NCBI GenBank assembly: GCA_044440125.1
Contig: JBITAJ010000029.1
Coordinates: 192,001 to 256,000, forward strand
From: Sedimentisphaeraceae bacterium JB056
Lineage (GTDB): Bacteria > Planctomycetota > Phycisphaerae > Sedimentisphaerales > Sedimentisphaeraceae
DNA: 64,000 bases
Direction: 5' to 3'
The notes under the pieces are model-generated. The model saw only the letters and a list, made by a program, of their open reading frames with translations, ran no database searches and was not told the origin of the DNA. Of this stretch, positions 37,298-47,895 are shown one piece after another (the first letter of the stretch is position 1; every line of letters starts with the position of its first letter). The translations under genes were made by a program, and so were the position numbers.

Positions 37298-39685
37298 ATG
37301 AAACAAACATTACTATTATTACTTGCTGTTCTATTTACGGCATCAGTATCTATTTCTGAAACGCTTATTATCGATGAGATAGATTTTGGCAGTTATATAT
37401 CCGAAAGTGTTTTGCATAATACGACTTTGGTTAATTGTTCCGGGGGAACCGGAGCGATGGGCCTTTCGTATCGCAGGATGAACAATTATACGCCGGCCAG
37501 GGATTACGGCGGAAAGATCACTTTCAATATTGCCGTTGATCCCACGCAGCAAAATTATTTTACTCTAAAATTGTGGGGTTCTGATTATTGTCAGAGTGCA
37601 CGCAGCAGCCAGATGTATCTTTACTATGAAGGTAAACAAGTTGGTTACAGGATGCACGCTGACTGGACGCCGCTTGATGCGAACTGGGAGTACCCCGAAT
37701 TCCCTGACAGGTTTTATTATACTACGTACATGCTGCCCTTAAGCATTACACAAGGGAAAAGTGAAGTTGTATTGACTATTGAGAGTTGGGGCTACTGGTG
37801 GCCTTACGGCGGCAACTGGGACGAATGTCAGAATTTACTGGAAGAGCCGAGCAGGGCTATATACAATGTTTATACTCATGCGGACCCGTATTTTGAGCCT
37901 TCCGAGAGTGAGCCCCAGGGCCAGCCGGTCGAACTTGGCGATCCGCGTTCTGACCCGGGCCAATATGAAAGCGCTCTGGCGAAGCTTATTGAAGATGCGG
38001 ACGACATAGTCGGCACCAGAAAAGTATCCCAACTGCCGCTGGGAAGCTGGAAGATGACAGGCTTGGCGAGGGCTTATAATGCTCAATGGTCCGCTCACTT
38101 CCAGGACCCTGTAATAATATCAAAGCTTGTAACTGATTTTGACCACTGGGTTTCGCAGGTTGCATCAGAGAGCAATAAATCCATAAGCGATGATAATCAC
38201 GATGACTGGAGCGGCTACGGCAGACTGGCGATCGTGCTCCTTGAAATGCTTGATCATTTCGAATCTCAGGATCTGATGGATGTTATGATAGATCATGACA
38301 ACGAGCCTTCTACTGCTGATATGACAAGACGCCGAGCCTATGCCGAATTTTTCCGTGATGGACGTGACTGGCGAATGCTGGACAGACGCTATATTACCAA
38401 TCAGGTGCTTGATTGTGAGATAAGCATTTATCTTGCCAATAAAATATTGCAGCAGCTTGACCCTACTATGGCTTGGGATGAATCTTATGCGATTGAAACA
38501 GTTTATGAAGCAGTAGGATTGCTGCCTTATGGAGACTGGGCTTATGGAACTGCATTGGATACAGACTATTTGCGACAGCAGATAATTTGGAATGCTGATT
38601 CGCCTTACTACATGATAACTGAAAAAGGTCTTTCGCGTGAAACCGGCTATGTTGCCTATTACGGTAATGTTTGTGATGCAATGGCCAGACTTGCTGAATA
38701 TACCGGTGACATTCAGGTCAAACAGCAGGCGATCAAATTTGTTCAGGCTCGAGCTCCATTCAGATTTTTTGATAATGACGAGCAGGGCTATCAATGTATG
38801 AGAATTGAAGCTGCTGTTGGAACACGTCATATAAATGAGACCGGACATATTCAATACGGCGACTGGACAGGATTTGAGACCGCTGCCGCATTGCAGGATC
38901 CGGTAAGTGTTCGTCTTGCTCAAATATATCTTGAGCATAACCGTTTCTGGTTTGACGACATTGACATTGAGGATGAAGTGAAAAGGGTTAACGATTATAT
39001 TACGGTTGCCTCTTTGCCGCAAAGTTCTTATCAATTTCCTATGGAACCTGATGCTCCTGATTATGCCTGGGCTGATGAAGATGACTGCGTTGTTGCTGTT
39101 AAGAGAGGGAATGTACGTTTTTATGCGAATATGTATTTCCGTATGCCTCCGGCGATAAACAATATAGGCAGGGTTCATTATACGACGCCCTCAATAGACA
39201 GGGTAGCTAATGTCTACGTCAATTGCGAATTTACTCCCACAGGTCTTACTATGACACGTGAGGAAAATCCTGCCAGTCCGGAAAGGAGCCTTACTCCGGC
39301 TCCCGCTGAACTTGGGATACAGTCTTATCATGCCGGTGAAATACTGCCGACGGCAGAAGGAGCATTGCCGGGCAGAGCGGAATTTTACCATTTCAGGTAT
39401 GGCGATTTTCTTGTAGCTATGAACACTACAGGCACCAAAAGTTTTACCTTGCCGATTCCTGCCGGAGTGCCGCAACAGGCATGGGATATGATAGCATCAG
39501 AGACCATAGACACTACCGGAAAGGTTACTGTTGAACCAAGAAGCACACTTGTACTTTTTATTGGCGATCCAGGCTATTGCGGGGATTCAAATACAGTTTA
39601 TCTTGAAGCTGACATAAATAAAGATTGTATAGTTGATTTGCTTGATCTAAGCTCTCTTGCAAGTTTCTGGTTATATGAATATTGA
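37298..39685 (+). CDS. Secreted hypothetical protein (possible alpha/alpha-barrel carbohydrate enzyme) with dockerin-like tail
   Basis: Signal peptide; aromatic/helical core (YITNQ, GLSRETGY); tail CG...ADINKDCIVDLLDLSSLASFWL. Confidence 0.6.
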   Translation: MKQTLLLLLAVLFTASVSISETLIIDEIDFGSYISESVLHNTTLVNCSGGTGAMGLSYRRMNNYTPARDYGGKITFNIAVDPTQQNYFTLKLWGSDYCQSARSSQMYLYYEGKQVGYRMHADWTPLDANWEYPEFPDRFYYTTYMLPLSITQGKSEVVLTIESWGYWWPYGGNWDECQNLLEEPSRAIYNVYTHADPYFEPSESEPQGQPVELGDPRSDPGQYESALAKLIEDADDIVGTRKVSQLPLGSWKMTGLARAYNAQWSAHFQDPVIISKLVTDFDHWVSQVASESNKSISDDNHDDWSGYGRLAIVLLEMLDHFESQDLMDVMIDHDNEPSTADMTRRRAYAEFFRDGRDWRMLDRRYITNQVLDCEISIYLANKILQQLDPTMAWDESYAIETVYEAVGLLPYGDWAYGTALDTDYLRQQIIWNADSPYYMITEKGLSRETGYVAYYGNVCDAMARLAEYTGDIQVKQQAIKFVQARAPFRFFDNDEQGYQCMRIEAAVGTRHINETGHIQYGDWTGFETAAALQDPVSVRLAQIYLEHNRFWFDDIDIEDEVKRVNDYITVASLPQSSYQFPMEPDAPDYAWADEDDCVVAVKRGNVRFYANMYFRMPPAINNIGRVHYTTPSIDRVANVYVNCEFTPTGLTMTREENPASPERSLTPAPAELGIQSYHAGEILPTAEGALPGRAEFYHFRYGDFLVAMNTTGTKSFTLPIPAGVPQQAWDMIASETIDTTGKVTVEPRSTLVLFIGDPGYCGDSNTVYLEADINKDCIVDLLDLSSLASFWLYEY

Positions 39686-39714
39686 TACATAAACTTAAAA
39701 TAGAAAGTTATAAT

Positions 39715-40656
39715 ATGAAGAAACAAAATATGAATACAGGTGAAAAGAACGGTTTTACATTGATAGAACTTTTAGTGGTTATATCAATAATTGCAGTTCT
39801 AATGTCTATCATGATGCCTGCTTTAAACAAAGTCAGGCAGCAGGCAAAATTGCTTATCTGTAAAACCAATATGAAGAATATAGGAGTTGCCGTTAACACT
39901 TATACTAATGATTATGATGGCAGTTATCCGCTTGTGGGCAATCGAGACAGCGCCGGAAGGCTTCCAAATTGGGGCGGCGGTTATCCTGCTCCTCCGTACT
40001 GGGATGCAGTTGTTATGCCTTATATGTATTCGGAATATACGGCAAATCCGAAGGCCAATACTCAGATGCTTCTCAGCAAGTATGAAAAGATGTTTGATAT
40101 TTGGTGCTGCTCAGGTATTAAAAGTGATCCTGAATTCAAAAGCAAGTACAATAGCATCGTCGCTGGTACAGACAGTCGTGCGACAAATCGCTATCCTCGT
40201 TCGTATAGGTTAAATGCAATGCTTGGCGGTCATGCTGCTGTAAACGGGCCATATTCTTCGCGTGATTTTCAAGACCTTTCCTCCAATCCAGGTGCAAGGG
40301 CTTATACTGTTTCTGTTAAGACTCACCAGGTACAGTCTTCCTCAAGTACATTTTTGATACTGGACGGTGGACTTGATAACGGCAGTTGTTTCAATAACCG
40401 TTACGGTTGGGCAAGATACTGGTCGGATCTCAAACCAGCTCACTTTGTAAAGAGAACGGGTAATACGTTTACTGATACCTGGGGTGATACCGAGGCGAGA
40501 AAAGGCGTATGTAATGCGCTGTTCGCCGATGGACATATCGAGAAGATAGACAGGGACTATTCCGAGGAGAAGGTTGACGGCCAGACTTTCTGGGAGTATG
40601 GCAGCGATGACAACAGGGGTATATATAAATTCTATGCAGGTAATTACCGCCGCTGA
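39715..40656 (+). CDS. Prepilin-type N-terminal methylation / H-X9-DG-like protein
   Basis: [40 protein letters not shown]. Confidence 0.9.
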   Translation: MKKQNMNTGEKNGFTLIELLVVISIIAVLMSIMMPALNKVRQQAKLLICKTNMKNIGVAVNTYTNDYDGSYPLVGNRDSAGRLPNWGGGYPAPPYWDAVVMPYMYSEYTANPKANTQMLLSKYEKMFDIWCCSGIKSDPEFKSKYNSIVAGTDSRATNRYPRSYRLNAMLGGHAAVNGPYSSRDFQDLSSNPGARAYTVSVKTHQVQSSSSTFLILDGGLDNGSCFNNRYGWARYWSDLKPAHFVKRTGNTFTDTWGDTEARKGVCNALFADGHIEKIDRDYSEEKVDGQTFWEYGSDDNRGIYKFYAGNYRR

Positions 40657-40671
40657 TATTAAAGGTGAGAT

Positions 40672-42048
40672 ATGATTAAACAAACTATGACTATTTTATT
40701 GCTGTTGAGTCTCTGTTTCTCTATTGCAAACGGTAAAGAAATGTCGGTTGATAAAAATGATTTTAAGGTGCTTGAAAGCTTTGAGGATATCTATGATTAT
40801 ATAGATAAAGACAATGTAAAGGTGAAAGTCAAACCAGGTACATATCAATTGGATAGGCCTTCTGCTGAACCTATGATAGCTTTCAACGGCAGTAATAACT
40901 ATTTTGATCTTACGGATGTTAAGCTTATTGCAGATCGCCCGTGCAATACAATTATTGCATTGATCGGAAATGATATCGTACTGGAAGGTTTGCATCTGGA
41001 AACTAACAAAGACCACTCTATATGCAGAAGTGGTTCAGAAACGTTAGGTTTTAATATAACCGGCGATGATAATATGCTGCTTGGCGTTTATTTACAGATA
41101 CGTGACTCATACCCTTATGGGTATGGCAGCTATTTTGGTATTGGCAGGGGTGCGTCTGTTAAACTTAGTAAGTCAACCGGAATACGTATAGGACCGGGCA
41201 GTAACACTGTCATAAAAGATTGCAAGGTTGTAATGAATGCATTTGGACATGGAATCTTTATTCGCGGAGCTGATAACGCTTTGGTCGAAAATACCTCAGT
41301 TGAAGGTTTGCTTCGTCAGACAAATGAAATTCTTCAGGAAAAGACAGGGCCTGCGTTTGAAGAGGGATTTATAGATGCCTCAGGAGAGCCGATAAGGCCC
41401 GGCAGAATTACGTCTTTGTGTGAAGACGGTATCCGTATTTATGGTGACAGCGGCACACGGAGAAATTATGGTAAGCCTGATAAAAAACCGACCGGCAGCG
41501 TTACTGTCAGAAATTGCAGCGTGAACCGTATGCGCCGCGGAATATGTTTGGCTTTAGGCGGGAGCGGCCATGTTGTTGAAAACTGTACGGTTTCTGAATG
41601 CACCAGAGTTGGATATAATATAGGTTCGGATACGATTGTGAAAAATTGTCGCGGCGATGCTAAATATTGTCAGCTTCTCGATATTGCAAGTTCTGGATCG
41701 AAGAATTCGGTGATAGAGCTTGAGGTTTTAGACAGTAAAAAACGCCAGAAAAACAGCTTTGAAAATGATCCTGACCTTCTTGCAAAAGTTAATGGCAGTG
41801 GTCATACGGTCAAGATTAAACCCGTTACTGCTGAGGCAGTGCCTACTGATATGAATATTGAAATAGGCGGAAATGTCGGGTGGGCATCTGATGAAGATAA
41901 TATTCCCGTGGGTAAATCCATACGGTTGGATAACAGGACTGATGCAAGGGTGCTTCTTCACCCGGCTGCAGAGGCCTGTATTATTAGAAGCAGTGGACCG
42001 GTGGTTGATTACGGCTCAAAGAACAATACTGTGATTGACAGCAAATGA
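40672..42048 (+). CDS. Secreted right-handed parallel beta-helix protein (lyase/hydrolase-like)
   Basis: Signal peptide; KPGTY, YPYGYG, GHGIFIRG, EDGIRIY, and V(R/E/K)NC ladder repeats. Confidence 0.7.
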   Translation: MIKQTMTILLLLSLCFSIANGKEMSVDKNDFKVLESFEDIYDYIDKDNVKVKVKPGTYQLDRPSAEPMIAFNGSNNYFDLTDVKLIADRPCNTIIALIGNDIVLEGLHLETNKDHSICRSGSETLGFNITGDDNMLLGVYLQIRDSYPYGYGSYFGIGRGASVKLSKSTGIRIGPGSNTVIKDCKVVMNAFGHGIFIRGADNALVENTSVEGLLRQTNEILQEKTGPAFEEGFIDASGEPIRPGRITSLCEDGIRIYGDSGTRRNYGKPDKKPTGSVTVRNCSVNRMRRGICLALGGSGHVVENCTVSECTRVGYNIGSDTIVKNCRGDAKYCQLLDIASSGSKNSVIELEVLDSKKRQKNSFENDPDLLAKVNGSGHTVKIKPVTAEAVPTDMNIEIGGNVGWASDEDNIPVGKSIRLDNRTDARVLLHPAAEACIIRSSGPVVDYGSKNNTVIDSK

Positions 42049-42071
42049 TTAATATGAAAGGATGTTCGAAT

Positions 42072-43442
42072 ATGTCTGATAATCATGTTATTTATGATGT
42101 AGTGGTGATTGGTGGTGGACTGGCGGGTTGCAGTGCTGCTATTGCAACCAGACGATTGGGAGCTAAAGTCCTTATGGTCGAGAGACTCCCCTTTGCCGGC
42201 GGAGCATGGACCGGGGGAATGGTTACTCACGTTGCCGGTCTAATAGATCACGACCGTATTTATGAGAACAATGAATATGTGCTGGATTGCAGTAAGTGGA
42301 TAGTTCAGGGACTTGCCTGTGATTACCATGATATCCTGAAGCAATACGGGGCAGCCAAGGGAATACACTGGGATCATGAAGCTGGTAAATTTATCTTTGA
42401 TCTGATGTTAGAAAAGGAAGGTGTTGACGTTCTTTACGGCACGCAGTTTTTCTCCGCTAATATAGATGGCGAAACTGTGAAATCTGTAGAGCTGATATAC
42501 AGAACAACGAAAATCACAGTCGAAGCCAAAGTTTTTATTGATGCTTCCGGTGATGGTGATCTGGGGGCAGCCTGCGGTTGTGAGTTTTATTACGGACGTG
42601 AAGCAGACGGTAAAATGAGTCCTGCCACTTTGAGTTATATGATCGGTGATATAGACCGCAGCTGTTTGTTTTCTGAAGAAGATTATGGCGTGCCTATAGG
42701 AGGATTGAGCGACCTTGAAATTGCCGAAAAAGATGATGCAAAAGAGGACCTTAATACGATACTGAAAAAAGCTCATAAAAATGGAAGCATTCCGCGTGAT
42801 ATGCGCCCGGCGGCTATTTGTATGAAATATGCCGAGGGAAGGGAAAGGAATGAGTTGTGGTGTTCTTTTGTCCGCCAATGGGGCGATATTACAAACCCAT
42901 GGCAGTATTCGGATATGGAAAAAAAAGGGCGTAAAACTGGCTGGCAGATATTCAGATTTCTCAAGGATAATACTAAAAGCTGCAGAGAATCTTATTTGAG
43001 TGGTGTCGGTACCCAAATATGGCCGCGTGAATGCAGACATTTCAAAGCTCACTATATTGTCAATGCCGATGACTACCGTGATGAATCAAGGTTTGAAGAT
43101 GTGGTTGCTCGCGGCGGGTTTTATCTCGATCTTCATTCGGTAACCCCGGGTAATTGCGGTTTTGATCTTGACGAAAGAAGGGCCCAGAGAGACAGGTATT
43201 TTGAGATACCATATCGTTCACTCGTACCATTAGGAAAAAGCAATCTGCTTTTTGCCGGGCGGACAATAGGTGCCGATCATAAAGGTCACAGCGCGACCAG
43301 AGTTATGGGAACTGGTATTGCTACCGGTCAAGCAGCGGGAACTGCTGCTGGAATATTTATCAATAGTAAGCTTGAAAATGTTCTGGATGTTGATATAACT
43401 GAACTGCAAAATTCGCTACGGGCGAACAGGGCAGTTATTTAA
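42072..43442 (+). CDS. FAD-dependent oxidoreductase (FAD_oxidored type)
   Basis: YDVVVIGGGLAG, FIDASGDGD, RECR, IPYRSLVP, NLLFAGR, RVM, GQAAGTAA. Confidence 0.9.
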   Translation: MSDNHVIYDVVVIGGGLAGCSAAIATRRLGAKVLMVERLPFAGGAWTGGMVTHVAGLIDHDRIYENNEYVLDCSKWIVQGLACDYHDILKQYGAAKGIHWDHEAGKFIFDLMLEKEGVDVLYGTQFFSANIDGETVKSVELIYRTTKITVEAKVFIDASGDGDLGAACGCEFYYGREADGKMSPATLSYMIGDIDRSCLFSEEDYGVPIGGLSDLEIAEKDDAKEDLNTILKKAHKNGSIPRDMRPAAICMKYAEGRERNELWCSFVRQWGDITNPWQYSDMEKKGRKTGWQIFRFLKDNTKSCRESYLSGVGTQIWPRECRHFKAHYIVNADDYRDESRFEDVVARGGFYLDLHSVTPGNCGFDLDERRAQRDRYFEIPYRSLVPLGKSNLLFAGRTIGADHKGHSATRVMGTGIATGQAAGTAAGIFINSKLENVLDVDITELQNSLRANRAVI

Positions 43443-43480
43443 ACTTGTATATATGATTTTTTTACTCAACGATTTATGCT

Positions 43481-44524
43481 ATGCAGACCTTAAAAATAGA
43501 AAAAGAACAAAAAACTCAGCAGAAGCTGTGCAAGGGAATAATCCTGCTTGCAGATAATTCCTATTCCCAGATATACGGTCCGGCCGAACTTGATGAAATC
43601 AATAAGTATGTTGATATTTATTGTCCGCAGCTTGATGAAAAGAGACTCAGAGAAGATCTTAGTGTTCTAAATGATGCCGAGGTTATTTTTTCGGGATGGG
43701 GATGTCCTGAAATTACTGATGAAATACTTGACCATGCGCCAAATCTAAAGATTATTTTTTATGCTGCAGGTTCTTTCAGACGGCTGGGACATAATGGTGA
43801 GCTTTTTGACAGGGGGATAAGGGTTACATCAAGTGTGTCGGCCAATGCCATCCCGGTTGCAGAATTTTGTCTTTCCCAGATATTGTTCAGTCTCAAGCTT
43901 GGCTGGCATTTTGCTTTGAAAGTCAAGCAGGATAAGAAATGGATGCCTGCCAGAGAACGATTTGAGGTTCCCGGCGGCTACGACAGTACGGTTGGCATAA
44001 TCTCGCTTGGTGCTATAAGTCAGAAGCTTATCGAATTGCTCGAACCGTTTGACGTTAATGTACTTGTGTCCAGCAGTTATATTACTCCGGAGCAGGCCCG
44101 GCAGATGGGAGTTAAATTAGCTTCAATTGAAGAAATATTCCGCAATTCAGATGTCATATCTCTGCATACCCCCGCCTATCATAAAGGCATTATAACAGGA
44201 GAGTATTTTCGGATGATGAAGCGTAACTCTACGTTTCTCAATACCGCTCGCGGTGTATGTGTACGTGAAAAAGAAATGATTGAGGTTCTTGAACAACGGA
44301 AAGATATTGTTGCTCTGCTTGATGTTACAGATCCTGAACCACCTGTTGAGAACGGTAAACTGTTCAATATGCCTAATGTTGTTACTTTCCCTCATATTGC
44401 CGGATCTATGGGGAATGAGTGTCGCAGAATGGGAAGGTATGCTATAGATGAATTTCATCGATACATAAATGGGCAGCCTTTGAAATTCGAAGTGACAAAG
44501 CAACAGTGGCAGTATATGGCCTGA
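43481..44524 (+). CDS. D-isomer-specific 2-hydroxyacid dehydrogenase
   Basis: ANAIPVAE, DVISLHTP, FLNTARG, LLDVTDPEP, PHIAGS. Confidence 0.9.
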   Translation: MQTLKIEKEQKTQQKLCKGIILLADNSYSQIYGPAELDEINKYVDIYCPQLDEKRLREDLSVLNDAEVIFSGWGCPEITDEILDHAPNLKIIFYAAGSFRRLGHNGELFDRGIRVTSSVSANAIPVAEFCLSQILFSLKLGWHFALKVKQDKKWMPARERFEVPGGYDSTVGIISLGAISQKLIELLEPFDVNVLVSSSYITPEQARQMGVKLASIEEIFRNSDVISLHTPAYHKGIITGEYFRMMKRNSTFLNTARGVCVREKEMIEVLEQRKDIVALLDVTDPEPPVENGKLFNMPNVVTFPHIAGSMGNECRRMGRYAIDEFHRYINGQPLKFEVTKQQWQYMA

Positions 44525-44598
44525 TATCCCTCAAGAATTATTTATGAACACCTGTTAGCTTATAGATCAACAGGTAATAACTATAAAAGAGCAGTTAT

Positions 44599-46365
44599 AT
44601 GACGATTTATGATTATGCAGTGATTATTTTTTACCTGGTGTTTATGCTTCTGCTTGGACCTGTTTATAAGAGCTTCAGTAAGACGGCCAGTGATTATTTC
44701 CGTGGTGGCGGCGGTATGCTGTGGTGGGTCGTAGGCAGCAGTGCTTTCATGACCAATTTTTCTGCCTGGTCGTTTACGGGCGGGGCGGCTAAGGCGTATG
44801 AAACCGGCACTTTCTTTTTGATCCTGTTTGCCTGTAATTTCATATCCCTGTGGTTTGCATTTTTCTTCACCGCTCCCAGATATCGACAGATGCGCATTAT
44901 TACACCTATTGAAGCGGTTCGTAATCGTTATGGCGACAGCAATGAACAGGTTTTTGCCTGGCTTCCGATAATATCGCGTATTTTCTTTGGCGGAATTGCT
45001 TTGTATGTCATTTCCGTTTTTATGAGCGGTGTTTTCGGCATAAAGATGCAGGTTTTGATTGTAACGCTTGGACTCGTCGTTACTTTTATGACGCTTCTTG
45101 GCGGCTCGTGGGCAGCTACGGCCGGTGATTTTGTCCAGATGCTTGTTGTCATAACCATCACGCTGGTAATGGCGTTCCTTACGCTTAATCATTCTGATAT
45201 CGGCGGATTTTCCCAACTTATAGAAAAGATGCCCTCGAGGCATTTTCACTGGAGTGAATTCAGCAGGCCCTGGGTAGTGATTTTCTTCGCTATCACCTTA
45301 ATGATAAATCAGACCGTACTTATGAATGATATGCTTAACGGTGCGGCGAGATATATTTTTGTCAAAGACGGCAGAGACGCAAAGAAGGCAGTACTTGTTT
45401 CGTTAGCCGGCTTTTTGCTTCTTGCGCCTATCTGGATGATACCTGCCGTGGGTTCTGCGATATTGAACCCGGATATGGATTCTATGTATCCGATGCTGAA
45501 GAACCCCAATGAGGCCGCCTATGTTGCTATTGCTATGCAGTTGCTTCCCAAGGGATTGCTGGGACTTTTGGTATGTGCGATATTTGCGGCAACTCTCACT
45601 ACTATGAACAGCCAGCTTAATATTGCTTCGGGCACGTTCGTACGTAATTTTTATATTCGAATAGTCAACAAAGACGCAACAGAGCTCAAACAGATACTTG
45701 CCGGAAGGATCTTTATAATGGTTTACGGTGTCTTATGGATAATTGCGGCTTTGTTTTTCAACAGTTTGAAAGAAGTTAAGTTGTTTGATCTGATATTGTT
45801 GTGTGCCGCCTCAATCGGCATCCCCACGGCTGTGCCGCTGTTTCTCGGTATGTTCATAAGACGTACTCCTCCCTGGAGTGCCTGGCTTACGCTTGTTGTC
45901 GGCTTTGCGGTTTCGGTGGTGTTGCGGTTTGTATTAGTCGGAGATTTTATACAAAATCTTTTCGACCCGACCGTTCCGTTCAATTCCAATGAAGTTGGTG
46001 ATTTGAACATTGCGATAACGACGACGGTATTGTTTGTTACCTGTGTAGGAGTTTATATGTTCAGTATGCTTTTCTATAAAGGCAGCAGTGCCGAGTATAA
46101 AGAGCAGGTCGAGAGGTTCTTTAACCAGATGAACACTCCTGTCGATGTGGAAAAAGAAAAGGCCGGCAGTGTAGAGGGAGATGGTCGGCAATACGCGGTA
46201 TTAAGTACTCTTTGCCTTATATACGGCAGCGTTATTCTACTTCTGCTTTTGATTCCCAATGAAATAAATGCCAAAATGTGCATATTATTTTGCGGTGGGT
46301 TGGTATTGCTGATAGGTTTTATTTTATGGTTGATATCAAAAAGATATAGGTCCTGTAAGGAATAA
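44599..46365 (+). CDS. Sodium:solute symporter family protein
   Basis: DYFRGG, SAWSFTG, GGSWAATAGDFVQ, GLLGL..AIFAA; many TM helices. Confidence 0.9.
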   Translation: MTIYDYAVIIFYLVFMLLLGPVYKSFSKTASDYFRGGGGMLWWVVGSSAFMTNFSAWSFTGGAAKAYETGTFFLILFACNFISLWFAFFFTAPRYRQMRIITPIEAVRNRYGDSNEQVFAWLPIISRIFFGGIALYVISVFMSGVFGIKMQVLIVTLGLVVTFMTLLGGSWAATAGDFVQMLVVITITLVMAFLTLNHSDIGGFSQLIEKMPSRHFHWSEFSRPWVVIFFAITLMINQTVLMNDMLNGAARYIFVKDGRDAKKAVLVSLAGFLLLAPIWMIPAVGSAILNPDMDSMYPMLKNPNEAAYVAIAMQLLPKGLLGLLVCAIFAATLTTMNSQLNIASGTFVRNFYIRIVNKDATELKQILAGRIFIMVYGVLWIIAALFFNSLKEVKLFDLILLCAASIGIPTAVPLFLGMFIRRTPPWSAWLTLVVGFAVSVVLRFVLVGDFIQNLFDPTVPFNSNEVGDLNIAITTTVLFVTCVGVYMFSMLFYKGSSAEYKEQVERFFNQMNTPVDVEKEKAGSVEGDGRQYAVLSTLCLIYGSVILLLLLIPNEINAKMCILFCGGLVLLIGFILWLISKRYRSCKE

Positions 46366-46614
46366 AAGGCATCTGCAACTCAGTTTTGCTGTTGAATTTG
46401 GTTTGTATAATGCCGAAGCTTTTCTTACGGATTTAAGGCCCGCACTTACATTTTAACTGAATAATATTTATGAAATAAATTTAATAGATTACTGATTTGC
46501 ATAGTTTTTAGTTGATTTCAGCTGTAATATCGCAAAAATACTGGTGTATCTATACTTTTGAGGTATTTTGTAATTCATGGGTATTTTTGTTTTTATGTGT
46601 GCTGGGAACGAAAT

Positions 46615-47664
46615 TTGACTAAAAAAGTTACAATGAAGGATATTGCCAAGAAGGTTGGTGTTTCTCATCCGGTAGTATCCGCTGTAATTAATGATAATTA
46701 TAAATCAGTTAAGGTCTCGGAGAAAACTCGTAAAAGAGTGCTTGAGGTTGTCAAGGAAATGTCTTATTTCCCTAATGCCGCAGGAAGATCACTCTCCAAT
46801 AGAAGGACATCAACGATAGGCTTTTTGCTCTCAGATAATGCAGCAGATGGGCTGTCGAATGCTTTTTATTCCCGCTTTTTGGCCGCTATTGAAGATGCAT
46901 GCAGAAGAAAAAAGTATGGCCTAAATGTCAGTTTGTACAATCTATCTAATGTTGATACCTTTGTTTTTCCTCAAAAAGTCGGTCAAAGAAGTGTTGATGG
47001 ATTGATTCTTGCAGGCTACCTTGAGAAAACGGTGGTTAACCATTTCAGAGAGTTTGGAATTCCCTGCATATGTCTTGGTGAGGACATGGAATTCGAAAAT
47101 ATGATTGCCAATGTATGTACGGAAATCGTACCAAAACTCTTTGAAATCTTTGATTATTTAGTTGGACTCGGTCATAAAAAGATCGGTATTTGCGATGAGT
47201 CTCATCGACATGAGAACTGTTTTAGTAACAGACTACGCCGTCAATCTTCTGAAGCTGGCAGGGAATTGCCTGCGGATATTGTTGAATTTACTGCCAGTAC
47301 AGGGTTTTGTGATTATCAATCTGGTCAGGATCTTTACAAAGAGTGGGTTGGGCTTGATATCAATCAGAGACCTACGGCTATGATTTCCTCTGACCAGACG
47401 GTTATATCATTTATGCAGCAACTCCGTTCTAATGGCTTTCGGTGTCCTGAAGATGTTTCTGTAGTTTCGACTTGTGATTCAAGATTATGCGAGTATGCAA
47501 GCCCGGCCGTGACAGCAATAAGGCATCCGGCTGTTGAAATGGGCGAGGCAGCAGTTAATATCCTGGTTAAGGCAATTGAAGAAGATGTAGACCTTACTGC
47601 GGCTGATTCAGTTCATCACATTCCTTGTAAGATCATATACCGCGAAAGCTGCCGGGAAATATGA
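46615..47664 (+). CDS. LacI family transcriptional regulator
   Basis: VTMKDIAKKVGVSHPVVSAV, YFPN, CPEDVSVV. Start is TTG 46615 or ATG 46633. Confidence 0.92.
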   Translation: MTKKVTMKDIAKKVGVSHPVVSAVINDNYKSVKVSEKTRKRVLEVVKEMSYFPNAAGRSLSNRRTSTIGFLLSDNAADGLSNAFYSRFLAAIEDACRRKKYGLNVSLYNLSNVDTFVFPQKVGQRSVDGLILAGYLEKTVVNHFREFGIPCICLGEDMEFENMIANVCTEIVPKLFEIFDYLVGLGHKKIGICDESHRHENCFSNRLRRQSSEAGRELPADIVEFTASTGFCDYQSGQDLYKEWVGLDINQRPTAMISSDQTVISFMQQLRSNGFRCPEDVSVVSTCDSRLCEYASPAVTAIRHPAVEMGEAAVNILVKAIEEDVDLTAADSVHHIPCKIIYRESCREI

Positions 47665-47759
47665 TTGAGCGTCAGCTTTTTTATTAATCGTATATTCAGA
47701 TTTGACAAGCTTTTAGCGGAAGACTGGTATGGAATTTATGGAAGATCAGAATTTTTTAT

Positions 47760-47889
47760 TTGACATTAAACGTGTAATCATGTACTATTGTATTTGATTA
47801 ATCGCTTAATTTGTCTTAAACGATTAGTCTTTTAGGGAAAAGAGTGTTTTTTTTGACTTTTTATTTAAGGCTTAGATTAAACGTGTAAT
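47760..47889 (+). promoter_or_regulatory. Sigma70 promoter with four LacI-type operator candidates
   Basis: TTGACA(47760)-17 nt-TACTAT(47783). ATTAAACGTGTAAT at 47765-47778 and 47876-47889; ATTAATCGCTTAAT at 47797-47810; CTTAAACGATTAG at 47815-47827. Confidence 0.7.
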
Positions 47890-47895
47890 TTTAGG

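Noticed and set aside
38165..39178. 337-aa antisense ORF (and similar ones at 26154-26852, 42408-43052, 44581-45249)
   Set aside because: Each lies wholly or almost wholly opposite a well-supported CDS, has no recognisable motif, and has composition typical of shadow ORFs.
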